Both the position numbers and the translations under genes were made by a program. The notes beneath the pieces were generated by a model that was given only the letters and a program-made list of their open reading frames with translations, did not search any database and was not told the origin of the DNA. A stretch of 62,218 bases of DNA, the filler included. It is 16 parts of 16 records of this genome, joined end to end, with 100 filler letters (N's around TTAATTAATTAA, not from the genome) between each part and the next. Parts side by side here need not be neighbours in the genome. Positions count along the whole stretch, not along the records: positions 35,402 to 38,831 come from SRR15195285_17607; positions 38,932 to 42,796 come from SRR15195285_17632; positions 42,897 to 45,978 come from SRR15195285_17649; 13 more parts are not named here. One strand, 5' to 3'. Below are positions 35,432 to 46,078 of this stretch, one piece after another. The stretch's first letter is position 1; every line of letters begins with the position of its first letter.

Positions 35432-36760
35432 TAGATAAAGTATCATCCAGATCTCTAGCAAAACCAATAGGCAATCGTTGATGACGTAATGACGGCCGAT
35501 GCACTTGCTGCATAGAGTACAGCGCATCGATAACCAGGACGTGCCCCACATCTGTCGCCGTGATGTTCTCGTACAAGATGTCCGCAACACTCCCAGCCTC
35601 TGCCGCGACTGCCTTCACTCGTGCAGCATTCTGTGTTCTAACAAAGTGAACGTTTTGCACAGTCACGTTGTGAACTCCACCCAGGTCTCGGCTGCCAATG
35701 GACGCCCCGTGGCTCCCGTTGCAGAACGTGGACCACTCCACCAGAACGTTCCCAGAGCGGGCTTTTGGATCATAAGTTGCCACGGCAACTGCGTCATCGC
35801 CATTGCAAACCAAGCAGTCGCGCATGTGCACCCACTCACTGGAGTGAATGTCGAGTCCGTCAGTGTTTGGACTGCCAGGTGGCGCCAACACTGTCACGTG
35901 GTCAAGCTTCACATACCGCGAATGATCAAGGACGATATGGTACATCGGGGCATTGGTGAGCGTGATGTTGCTCAGAGCTACTCCAGTCGATTCGTACATA
36001 TGAACAAGGAAGGGGCGGTGATGGGCTCCACAGTGTGGCTCGCCACCACCGTGGCTGTCGGTACAGTTGTACCACCACGACTCAGGGCTATAGTTTGCCT
36101 GGCCATCGATAACGCCGCCGCCGGTCAGCGCAACAGAGCTGAGGTTGCGCCCTGACAAAAAGTGCTGGTACATCAGACCATACCTGCATCGTTCAGCAGC
36201 ATGGCATACAAGCATTCACAAGAAAGCACTCACAATACATGTAGAGTGCAACACTGTGCACTTGAGTGGAGTACATACATCGGTTCTTCTCTAAGAGGCC
36301 AGTAGTGGCGGCGGTCACTCGCTCGCAATGTCGAGTTTGCGTGGATCTCAACGCGCAGCCCGTCGCTCAGCACCAGAGGGAACGACACAAAGACATGAGA
36401 GCTGCGGAGGATGACGACACGAACTTTGCACTTGTTGGAGGAGCTTTGACCACACTCGTCAAACGCACGCTGCAGAGCGGCAGTGTCGTCGGCGATCCCG
36501 TCACCAACGGCACGATAGTCTTCGACTGCATCACACGTGCAACGTCCAGTCGCAGCCTCCAGTGCGCCACGTGTCGACTCGTCCACAGCTGCTACGATCC
36601 TCGCTTCGTTGCTCCTCCTCCTGTGTGGAGGGCTTCCACTCAGCGGGGCACCTCTCGACGCACCCACTGCATCCACATACAGTGTGGTCGGGCCGACACA
36701 TCCGAGTCCTATCGGTCCTGCCAACGCAGCCAGCATCACCACGCGCCAGGCGGGGCGCAT
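35402..36760 (-). CDS. Secreted GH28 polygalacturonase-like enzyme (3'-truncated); intron 36184-36278
   Basis: Signal peptide. DYRAVGDGIADDTAALQRA, GGGVIDGQ, and catalytic NTDG, GDD, SHG, IGS, RVK motifs. A phase-2 intron joins the two ORFs. Confidence 0.9.
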
Positions 36761-36986
36761 CGTACGTGCAGTGTCCCCACCGTTTTTCGTTTCCGTTAGT
36801 ACACACACGCCGGCGCGGCTCGATCGGCGGAAACCTTACTCACGGAGGCTACTAGATCTAGTACATGTACGAGTTTTCCACGCGGGCCGAGAGTGGGAAA
36901 GGTTATTTAGGGGTTTTTCAGGACTGGACGGCGATCTCACGAGTGAGAGCCCTGCTCTGTGTCGTGTGTGAGGTAGACGTCTACCA

Positions 36987-38432
36987 ATGACGCTGCCAGT
37001 GACGCCCCACGCCCTGCCGCTCGTGCTCGTCCTGCCACTCAGCGCCATGGGCAGCGTGGCTGCTCAGAGCTTCTCGAATCCCGCGTTGGGTGATGAAGGT
37101 GCGGATGACTCCTGCGTGTGGGCGCACGACCGTGTGTGCGATGAGCGAGAGTGGAGCGAAGAAGGGGTGCATTACTGTGCTGCTGGCACTGACACAACCG
37201 ACTGCCAGCCAATAGCCAGGGAGCCAGAGCTTTTCAGCTACTCCGGTTGCCAAGTTGGCAGCGAACTGATCGTGGGATCCGAGGCCGAGACAAGCTTGGA
37301 CGTTCGTGGCCAGCCCGAATGCAATGCCAGGGCGAACGAACGCAGGGCCGCGTTTGCGCAGATGTGCATTGTCACTGAGCACAGCGATCGAACAACAGAG
37401 ACGGTCGTACCCAGGTGCACGTTCTTCTCCAAGTGTGTAGCGGTCGGCAACGTAGATACTACACCAGATGGTGCGCCACCAAGTCTGGACGGCTATGCCT
37501 CGGATTCTTGCGTGGTCTATCGAACATCGTGGTGTGACACGGAAAACGACGGCGACTGCGACGAAATCACTGGCGCCTGCGCTCGAGGTACTGACGCGGT
37601 TGATTGCGTCGATGTTCTCCCTCCTCCACCCCCTCCTCCGCCCCCGCCCCCGCCCCCCGTTGACTGCATTGGCTCGTGGTCCGAGTGCACCGCTGCGTGT
37701 GAAGAAGCCGCGCTCCGTCGGTGGTCGCAGACAGCCGCACAAGTCGGAGAAGGAGCCGCGTGCCCAACTGGGGAGAACTGCGAGGACGGGCAGGGATTGT
37801 GTGGTACGGTTGCGATGAACTGCACTGGAGACTGGGCTGCATGGGGCGAGTGCAGCCATCGATGCGGACCGCTGGGGCTTCAGTCCCGTGCGTTTGTTGT
37901 ACACAGACCAGCACGTGGAGGCGGGCTGCGATGCGAAAATGACGGCTTGACACAGGATCGTCAGTGCAACGCCGACATACAATGTAGGGATGGCGACGAC
38001 GGCGCAAGTAGCAATCGTGGTGGCGGCCGGGGTGACAGTATGGGAGTGTCGGCAGGTGTACAAGTGGGAGCCGCTCAGCAGTTCGAGTACGATGGCGGCT
38101 GGGGGACGTGGACGGCCTGCTCTGCCACGTGCGGAGAAGGCGCGAGAACGCGGTTCTTCGAAGTTTGGACCGGCGACGGGTGCGAAAATGCTGGGCTTAT
38201 GGAGCAACAGGCCTGCAACCTCGGTCCGTGTTCATACGTAAGCCACACGACGTGGCGCTGGGCGGACGACAAGCTCGAGTTGCCCAATGCGGTTCGCAAG
38301 ACCACAGTGGGTGTGGTCGTTGCGGTGAGTGCTGTGGTAGTAGCAGTGGTGTTGGTGTTGACGGTGCGAGGGAGCCGAGAAGTCGACAGTCCACGAGTGA
38401 AGCATCACAAGCTAGTCCCAGAAAGCCCGTAG
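36987..38432 (+). CDS. Type-I membrane adhesion protein with three thrombospondin type-1 repeats
   Basis: Signal peptide; two CxxGTDxxDC modules; poly-Pro; WSECTAAC, WAAWGECSHRCG, WGTWTACSATCGEGARTR; C-terminal Val-rich TM. Confidence 0.85.
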   Translation: MTLPVTPHALPLVLVLPLSAMGSVAAQSFSNPALGDEGADDSCVWAHDRVCDEREWSEEGVHYCAAGTDTTDCQPIAREPELFSYSGCQVGSELIVGSEAETSLDVRGQPECNARANERRAAFAQMCIVTEHSDRTTETVVPRCTFFSKCVAVGNVDTTPDGAPPSLDGYASDSCVVYRTSWCDTENDGDCDEITGACARGTDAVDCVDVLPPPPPPPPPPPPPVDCIGSWSECTAACEEAALRRWSQTAAQVGEGAACPTGENCEDGQGLCGTVAMNCTGDWAAWGECSHRCGPLGLQSRAFVVHRPARGGGLRCENDGLTQDRQCNADIQCRDGDDGASSNRGGGRGDSMGVSAGVQVGAAQQFEYDGGWGTWTACSATCGEGARTRFFEVWTGDGCENAGLMEQQACNLGPCSYVSHTTWRWADDKLELPNAVRKTTVGVVVAVSAVVVAVVLVLTVRGSREVDSPRVKHHKLVPESP

Positions 38433-38621
38433 GCACAAAACCAAACGTGGCTGGGCCCAGGCTGGCAGGCTTAATATCTCACACGAGCGTGGACCACACG
38501 TGCTTAGCACGCCAGCGTCTGTTGAAATCGACCATTGCAGTAAAAAGAAGGACCGTGTGACCTTTGCTAGTATCAGGAAAATGTACAATGGTTGCAATAA
38601 TGCAGTAGTAATCATTACGTT

Positions 38622-38804
38622 TCATTGTCTTTCGTTTGGCGTCTGCTCCTCTGCTGCTATGAGCAGGCAGTTCTCTGGCGTGATCTCCTCGTCACAGTAC
38701 GTCACCAAGCTCGCACCTGCGGCAAGGTGCGGAAGCTCTCGACGCACGTAGTGGAGCCGCCCAGCGTCGATCAGACGCTTGCACTGGCGACCGAACTCGA
38801 CCAT
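38622..38804 (-). CDS. TRM13: tRNA:m4X 2'-O-methyltransferase TRM13, last exon
   Basis: FGRQCKRLIDAGRLHYV...LVTYCDEEITPENCLLIA matches the TRM13 C-terminal pattern GxxCKxLIDxGRxxY...YxxxxVSxENxLLxA as I recall it. Confidence 0.75.
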   Translation of the reverse strand: MVEFGRQCKRLIDAGRLHYVRRELPHLAAGASLVTYCDEEITPENCLLIAAEEQTPNERQ

Positions 38805-38831
38805 CTACCACGCCTCTTTCCAGCGGGAAAA
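38802..38831 (-). repeat. 30-bp repeat, copy 2 (inverted relative to copy 1)
   Basis: CATCTACCACGCCTCTTTCCAGCGGGAAAA on the + strand. Confidence 0.95.
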
Positions 38832-39293
38832 NNNNNNNNNNNNNNNNNNNNNNNNNNNNNNNNNNNNNNNNNNNNTTAATTAATTAANNNNNNNNNNNNN
38901 NNNNNNNNNNNNNNNNNNNNNNNNNNNNNNNAAGATCGAGGTAGGTGAGTTACTCGATCACAGTTTCGTCGCGCCCTTCATCCATGATACCATGAATCCC
39001 CATTGCATGGCGCGCGAGTCTCACAACTATTGTCACCATCTGAAGCTCACTCGCTGCCGCACTCGCTGCCAAAATATCCTCGTTGGCGGCTTTGACCGCT
39101 TCAACCGCCGCTTCAAGTACTAGTACTTCTACCAATCTTGTCACGCATAGCTAGCGGCACAACAAGCGCACCAAGCACACTCAGATGTCGGTACCCAGCG
39201 GTGACCTGGGGCAGAAGGCTTTCAGGGAAGGGCGCCCCGAGTAGTATTGGTGAAAAAACAATGAAAAAACTTTATTGCCTGCCGGTTTGCCTT

Positions 39294-42109
39294 TTAAAAC
39301 TCAAAGACCTCCTGGTGTATATCGATTGGCATCTGGCTAATCATAGAGACCAAGCCGGCTGCGTGTTGCACTGCTGATACTAGCGCTGGAGGACCACAGC
39401 AAAGCAGCGCGCAACCTGTACGCTCAGCGTTGTAGTGTGTATTGTGGTTGATGCCGTAGTGGTCAGCAACTCGCGTGAAAATGGCGGCGAGGTTCGGCCG
39501 AGCCTTGCTCTTGGTCGGCACCAAGTTCATGGCACTCTCGCTGTGCTCAAGCTGGCTGACCAGTTCAAATGAACCAGTGTCTACAGAACCGCCCCTGTCC
39601 TTGCTGGTGCTGGTGACGTGATAGCTGACGTTCGCACCGAGCTCTGCGAATCGATTGAGTTTTACCTCGAAGTGTTGAAGCAAAGCGAGCTCACGCATCG
39701 TCCAGATGAACTCGATATGTGGTTGCCGCTCCTTTGGCAATGCTAAGAGCTCCTCCATCAACGAGAGGAATGGGGTCACACCAATACCACCAACAACGAA
39801 CACACAATGGCTGTACTGTGCGGGATCAATGCTCAGCCTACCGTATGGTCCATCAAGCCACACTCGACTGTTGATGAGCTCTGACGATTGGGCCACAGCA
39901 GCCTTAGACCACGGCCCGATACCTTTCATCGAGAACTCTAACGTCGTACCTGCTCCAGCGGTTGCATACGTGAATGATGGAACAACAAGCCGTCAAACGA
40001 TGGAAAGAGTCAAACAATGGAAAGATGCTGACATCTGGATTCCTTGGAGTACGAACCACTCCCATCAGGAGCATCAATTGAGTTGATCACACTGTAGGGA
40101 TGCCACGCCGTCCTTGAGATCGCTGGGATGCAGATGAAGAAGTACTGACCTGGCTCAGAGACACCAGTGGCGGTGCTTGTGTTCACTCCGAAGGTGCACG
40201 CTACTGGTTGCTCACTGCTGTCTAAAATGGACGCTGCGGTGATGATTGTCGGCCTACGGCTGAGTACGCGCACAGCCCTGAGGACGTAATCGACAAGGAT
40301 CAAAAGGACATACGGTGCTGCAGCGTCAACTGAGCCGAGACCATGGTGGAAGTAGAGGGCTATGGACCCAGTCAACGTACACAGGACGTGGAAACGATAC
40401 CACCATCCATAGCACCAGCGGCGGATGAATGAGAATGCAGATAGACCAAGCAACAGGAATGCAGATAGGGCGACCAGGCCGCAGAAGTTTGCAACGGCGT
40501 CAACATCAGCAGAGTCGAGGAGCCAAGCATCATGCTCGCAGCCATCGTCGGAAATCTTGTGACGCGGAGCGAAACCGGGTGCTTGCGTGCTGCCAGGATC
40601 CGCGGCATTTGCATGTGGCCCCGATGGTGGTGGAGTTGTGCCGGTGCCCGGGGTGGTTGCATTCGGCAGCCCTGGTACCGATGGTGGCGGTGGGGGGTGA
40701 ATCAACGGTGGAGGAGGAGGTGCACGAACCACTGGTGGAGGGGGCGGAGGCGCGCCTGCTGGGCCATGCCTTACGAACGTGCGGGTATATGCGAATCCTC
40801 CCGGCTTCGACCATGTTGTGAACTGGACGTTGTAGTAGACGTCCTCAGCAATAACGTGCATGGCGAATTGCTCCCGCTCACGCCCAAGGTGCTTGCGCTG
40901 CTTATAAGTCAGGCCCTCGAAGCTGACGTATCGTGTGCACGTAGCAACGGTGCCCCTGCACCAGAGCGTGCCTTTAGGTGAATCACCACGCTGGTGATCG
41001 CCAGCCCTAACTTCGCCGGAACCAGGATGCTGGTTATAGATTGCGTTGGTCCGGCCGCGACCAATCCAGACAGAATCGGTGACCTTATCAGGCTGTGAGT
41101 TTGAGTTGCGATGATTGAAGGAGACCGTGCCAGTTGTGTAAGGCAGCATCTGCAGTGACCGACGCCTGACATCGTCTGTTTTTGGCGCGCAGAAAGGGTA
41201 AAGATTTTCCTTGAGGACATCCATCAGCGTCTCATCATCATCGAGACTTTGCGACCAGTCGACAAAGACGATCCCAGAGTGTGCCATGCCCGTGAGAACA
41301 GCATAACGTCCGAGCTGACGGTGGTGGTAGATCGCACGCTCAAACGGCATGCCAGAGATGTGTAGCAGCAGCGAATTTTTCGGGATGGGGACCATCGCCA
41401 TGGCGACGAGCTGCATCGAGACCGCCCCAAGGTGGTGGCCGTAGTGCCCAAGGTCGTTGTCGCCGAACGGTGGAGGCCAGCGCTCGCACTGCGCATTGAG
41501 TCCTTCTCCCTGGCAGCGCTCCTTCGGGAAGAGGAGATAGCCCATCAGCAGCGCCATACACGCAGTGCCGAAGTACCGATGGCGAGGGGCAGTGACGACG
41601 AGCGCGAGTGGGATCCGACGTGGACGGTAGATCCGATGCATAACAGACTGCACTTGCTCGCGCTGTGGGCCAAGCCCGTTCGCTGCATGGACGGCTCCGA
41701 GCAGTGCGATGGCCGCCATGCAGGCAGCACACACACGCATCGCCACTCGCTCACCCACGGGTTTCAGTGGTAGTGGCTGGTCGCGATCCAAGTTCCAGTC
41801 GGAGATGTAGTCGGCAGGCGCCGCCAGTACACTCCAGAACCTCAAGGCTGTGCCTGGCTCTTCGGGGTACTCGACGGAGTACGAGAGCAACAGCACAGCA
41901 CCGATCCACCCGACGAAGGACAGCAGGAAAAAGACCTTGCTGCGCTGCGCAGTCTGCCGCTCCTTGCGCCGACTGGTGGCGGCAGCCGCGCCGGTGCGGG
42001 GCGCCAGCTGATCACGATGATGCAGCTGAAGGCCCTGATGCAGCAGCAGCTCACCATCGCCACCGCCGTCGGGGGCGCTGCCTGTGGAGAGGAGGAGGGA
42101 GTCGCGCAT
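39294..42109 (-). CDS. Ferric reductase/NADPH oxidase-family flavocytochrome; exons 40057-42109, 39294-39949
   Basis: Heme His pairs (YHHRQLGR..AHSG; FHVL..YFHH), GQYFFI, FAD motif WHPYS, NADPH motifs DGPYG, GGIGVTPF, CGPPAL and terminal EVFEF. A phase-1 intron 39950-40056 joins in frame. Confidence 0.9.
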
Positions 42110-42379
42110 TTCTCTTGTGTCGTCCCCCACGCGCGTCACCCAGCAAACCAGGTGGGAGTGCTCAAAAACCTCGTTGTTGAAATTGGGCACACACGCTGTC
42201 ACATGCACCGTCACACACACACCGGACAGGAGGATCGAGAGTAGGGTCCCCGCAGCCCGGCAGGATTGAGGAGGGCCTCACTTGCGTGAGGTCTGCTCAG
42301 CGCAGCGGAGCGCCAGTGCCAGCACCAGCACGCACCATCGGGCGAGTCGGAGCGATTTGCCATCAATGGAGCGGCCCGC

Positions 42380-42669
42380 CGTGGCACGGGCGGCTCCCCC
42401 GATATTTCGTATTTGCGAACCTCACCTCCCTGCGGCCGGGCGCCTGCGCAGCCCAGGCACCTGCCCTGTGTCAATCAGGTTACCAGTATCAGGGTGAGTA
42501 TCTTCTATCTATAGTAGCTAGGATAGACCTAAGGGAAGTTGGATTTGATCACAAGAGTTTCGCTCCAGTTTCGCGCTGCGTGGCACGCCGCGGCTCCCCC
42601 GATATTTCGTATTCGCATTTGCGAACCTCACCTCCCTGCGGCGCCTGCGCACCAGGCACCTGCCCTGTG
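42380..42669. repeat. Two imperfect ~90-bp direct repeats (42380-42470, 42579-42669)
   Basis: Shared core CGTGGCACG..GCGGCTCCCCCGATATTTCGTATT..TTGCGAACCTCACCTCCCTGCGGC..GCGCCTGCGCA..CCAGGCACCTGCCCTGTG, differing by short indels. Confidence 0.9.
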
Positions 42670-43044
42670 CCCAGTCCTGAGTGATTTCTCTCTTCCGGAT
42701 GTCGGAAAAATTCAGATTTCAGCGTTTGTTGCATCAACCGGCTACCACTGCGTACCAGTATCTAGCTACTAGTGGTTAGGTCCGGATCTGGCCACTNNNN
42801 NNNNNNNNNNNNNNNNNNNNNNNNNNNNNNNNNNNNNNNNTTAATTAATTAANNNNNNNNNNNNNNNNNNNNNNNNNNNNNNNNNNNNNNNNNNNNACAT
42901 GAATGACTGAGGGCCGGCGCACGTTGCAAGTAGTTAGCAACCGCGTCGCGCTCGCGCGCTATTAGATCTAGCTAGCGCTTTTTTCGGAGACTCCGGCGAG
43001 CGCCCGCGGTGCCTGATCCACCGCCGAACACAAGCGTGAAAATT

Positions 43045-43090
43045 GCCCCGCCCAAAATTGTGATTGTGGTGGCCCCTCATTGATTGGCCA
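43045..43090 (+). promoter_or_regulatory. Possible GC box and inverted CCAAT box upstream of the RWD gene
   Basis: GCCCCGCCC at 43045 and ATTGG at 43083, 80-125 bp before ATG 43170. Short motifs that could occur by chance. Confidence 0.25.
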
Positions 43091-43169
43091 ACGCAGCCTG
43101 AGCAATGAACGCACCGGCAGCCGCCAAAAGCTGCGCTGCAACGCCTGCTGTTCCTCCTCACACGCGGTG

Positions 43170-44374
43170 ATGCGGGACGCAGTCGCACCGGATGTGTCCG
43201 ACGAGGACGCGCTCGACGCGTTGGAACGCACCGTGCAGGAGCTGGAGGCGCTCGACTCGATCTACGGCTACGATGCAGGCGGCTTCATCGTGCACTCGCC
43301 CGCAGAACTTGCTCTGAGCCGATCGATGGTCGACGCAGGCCTCCCGCCTCCCGCAGGAGCAGCCTGGGCGCCGCCGCAGCTGGAGCTGGAGCTGCGCCTG
43401 GAGCTGGACGGTGATGGTGACGGTTCGGCTGTGGCAAGGCTGCGCTGCGCCCTGCCGCCGGGCTACCCGACGACGGCGGCAGCCCGGCCGAGCGTCACCG
43501 TCGAGCGCCTTCGCCGGATGCAGCAGGACGAGCTGACGGCAGCGCTGCAGGCGAAAGCTGACGAGCTGCTTGGCGAGGAGAGCGTAGTTGAGCTGGCGCA
43601 GGCACTTGAAGCGCTCTACTCCGGCGTGGTCGCTGATGAACGCACCAGCGTCGCAGCTGCAGAGAGGTCTGCGTGCGCGGGCGATCCTCTGGAGCCAGAG
43701 CTGGAGCTCTCCGGCTCTGCTCACGCTGCGGCTGGGCAGCAGCAGGCACTGTCGTCGGTGCTCCTGCACATCGACCACATGAACGATTCGAGCGCGTGCA
43801 TTCGAAAGCTGCAGCTGTGGACGGACGAGCTCGGCCTCGGGGGCGTCCTCCTCTACCGCATGCGGACCAAGGCAGTGAATGCCACGAGCGGGGGCAGGTG
43901 CGCATCTGCTGTAGTGTAGAGGTGATGGACAAGCAGAATCCTCCTTGCGTTCTTACTCCAACCTTACATCGGCAGGTCGGTCACGCCGAAAGGGAGAGCG
44001 GAGGATATCTTCGTCCTGCTCGATGGGCCGGGCGCCAGCACGGCGGAGTTTTTGTCGCGGCTGCGGACGCAGAAGATGACCGGACAGGACCGACACGAGC
44101 GAAAGTCGACCGTTCTCTGGGACAGCAGCAGCGCTGGCGAGGCCGGGAGTGTGCGGCGTGTGGCTGACGGGTTGGTGGCTGAGGAGTACAGCTCGCCGGC
44201 TGAGCTGAGAGAACGGTGGGCGGCCTCGATCGGTACGTGCGAGCGGAAATGGTTTTCGAATGGAAAGCGGTCCTTTGCCAAGACAGGCTTGGGACAAGCA
44301 CAAAGTGTAACTGGCGACTTATATACAACGCGGTATTCGCAGGGCACGTTGTCACCGCCGACGATGTCATCTAG
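43170..44374 (+). CDS. RWD-domain protein, RWDD3/RWDD2-like; exons 43170-43897, 43976-44232, 44343-44374
   Basis: QELEALDSIY, LPPGYP. C-terminal domain LLHIDHMND...WTDELGLGG...IFVLLDG...EFLSRLRTQ...ERKS. Both introns join in frame. Confidence 0.8.
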
Positions 44375-44513
44375 CGCAGTCTCCTCTGCTGCTGGCTTGG
44401 CTCCGCTCGCTGTGCGTTGCAACAGCAGAAATGCCGCCACACTCGGCCTGCAACCCGCGGGCACGCAGCTCCCCTCCGGCCCTAGCGGGCAACCCAGTGG
44501 CGGCTGACAGCAA

Positions 44514-44553
44514 TTGACACCGGGCATATAGGAGGCTATATGCCCGGTGTCAA
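44514..44553. repeat. Perfect 18-bp inverted repeat with a 4-nt loop
   Basis: TTGACACCGGGCATATAG-GAGG-CTATATGCCCGGTGTCAA. Confidence 0.95.
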
Positions 44554-44762
44554 CTTGAGGCTCGCAGTACCTATCGGGTGCCGATGGCGACCATTATGTG
44601 CGATCGTAGTGGTCCTGGATTCACCGTAGCATGTGGATGCAATGGAACAATCGCATTCATGCATTACCTACTATGCCCTTGCGTGTTCGTTAAACCCTAG
44701 TGTGCCAGCCAGCTCAATCCAATTGTGTGCCTGTTTCTGATGGGTCACAAAGGTCTGTCGTT

Positions 44763-45566
44763 TCAGCTGCTACTGTCTCTCGTGGCGCAAAGCTCTTTTC
44801 TATCGAGCGGTGTGTCGAGGGCGTCAGCACGCGCGTACTTCACGAGCAGCCACAGCATGAGCACCACCTCACCCACCGCAGTGCCACTGGCGCTTAGCTG
44901 CACGGGCGACCTTAATGGAAGATGGTGCACCAAGCCCCAGCTGTCAGCAATATAGCCCGCACCGGCAACCATTAAAAGGAACGCCAAGAGGTAGACGCCT
45001 TTGGATGCCCACACTCCGTCGCCCACGCGGTAGTACATTCGCATGGCCCCAGCCTGTGCGCAATCATTGCCAGGCGAACAAGCGATCGTCGTGACACCTA
45101 AGCTGAGAAACGCCAGATGGAGACCAAAAACGCCCAAGGCCACGGCGTTCCAGCCAATTTCGAACTGTAACATCGCGCTGCGCACGCCAGCTGCATCGTT
45201 GCGATGCAAACACATGAGCGCGACGATCAAACTGGAAGTCGCGCCGAGCTCAAGGATAGTGTACACCACACGCAGCCCTGCTGCGAACAGCGCAAGCGAC
45301 TGGTTGCTCGTTTGGAGCCAGCTGTATAGACAGAAAGCCACGGCGATGTCGACGACGCCGATCGTGATGAAGCAGTAGCAGACGGTGAGTAGCTCGCCTG
45401 CGACGTCGCCACCGCCAAGATCCTCTCCTGCAATGGCTGTGGCGTTGTACAGGTCCATGCCGAGACTTTCCAGCACTCGCTGCCGCATGACCTCGCCGTA
45501 GCCGCCCACCACACAGAGGACCAGAATGCCTGCGCCGGCGAGGAGTCCAGACGTCCGGAGCTCCAT
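44763..45566 (-). CDS. DUF4386-like multipass membrane protein (intronless)
   Basis: DIAVAFCLY..L..LALFAAGLRVVY, LGVFGLHL, LLMVAGAGYIADS, GEVVLMLWLLVK. Confidence 0.7.
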   Translation of the reverse strand: MELRTSGLLAGAGILVLCVVGGYGEVMRQRVLESLGMDLYNATAIAGEDLGGGDVAGELLTVCYCFITIGVVDIAVAFCLYSWLQTSNQSLALFAAGLRVVYTILELGATSSLIVALMCLHRNDAAGVRSAMLQFEIGWNAVALGVFGLHLAFLSLGVTTIACSPGNDCAQAGAMRMYYRVGDGVWASKGVYLLAFLLMVAGAGYIADSWGLVHHLPLRSPVQLSASGTAVGEVVLMLWLLVKYARADALDTPLDRKELCATRDSSS

Positions 45567-46078
45567 CGCGCACTCTTACGCAGCCTTTAAGCGTCCGTCG
45601 TCCGGGAGCGAGCGCGCCCCGCCGCCGCCGCGGGCGGGCCCGCGCGGCCGCGCGAGATCCTCACCATATCTCGATACTAGTACATGATCATGATAAGTAC
45701 AGTAGCATGCATGGCCAATTTTGTAGATGGACTGGTATGTGGGGCAAATAGTATGGAAACTAGCTATAGGCGAGGTTCAAACTCAAGTACCCTAGAAACC
45801 CGAGGTTTTGACGAGGTAGCGACTGGGACCTTCAGCGGCGGCACGCCCCTACCGATTGCAGCAATAATCTCGCCAAAAGATCTAGTTTTCGCTGGCGCTC
45901 TCGGAACGGCCCACGTGCCGATGGGCCGCAGCCCAGGTTCGCAACCCCTCGCCTCGAGATCGCTCGGAAGTGCATAATNNNNNNNNNNNNNNNNNNNNNN
46001 NNNNNNNNNNNNNNNNNNNNNNTTAATTAATTAANNNNNNNNNNNNNNNNNNNNNNNNNNNNNNNNNNNNNNNNNNNN

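Noticed and set aside
31097-36760. Apparent CAZyme cluster (GH42-like next to GH28)
   Set aside because: The genes are on different contigs separated by an artificial spacer, so linkage is unsupported.
38622-38710. BTB/BACK-like 'ITPENCL' motif
   Set aside because: The upstream CKRLIDAGR context fits the TRM13 C-terminus better.
45925-45950. GGTTCG resembling a tRNA T-loop (also GGATTCAATCC near 11529)
   Set aside because: No cloverleaf or A-box could be built.
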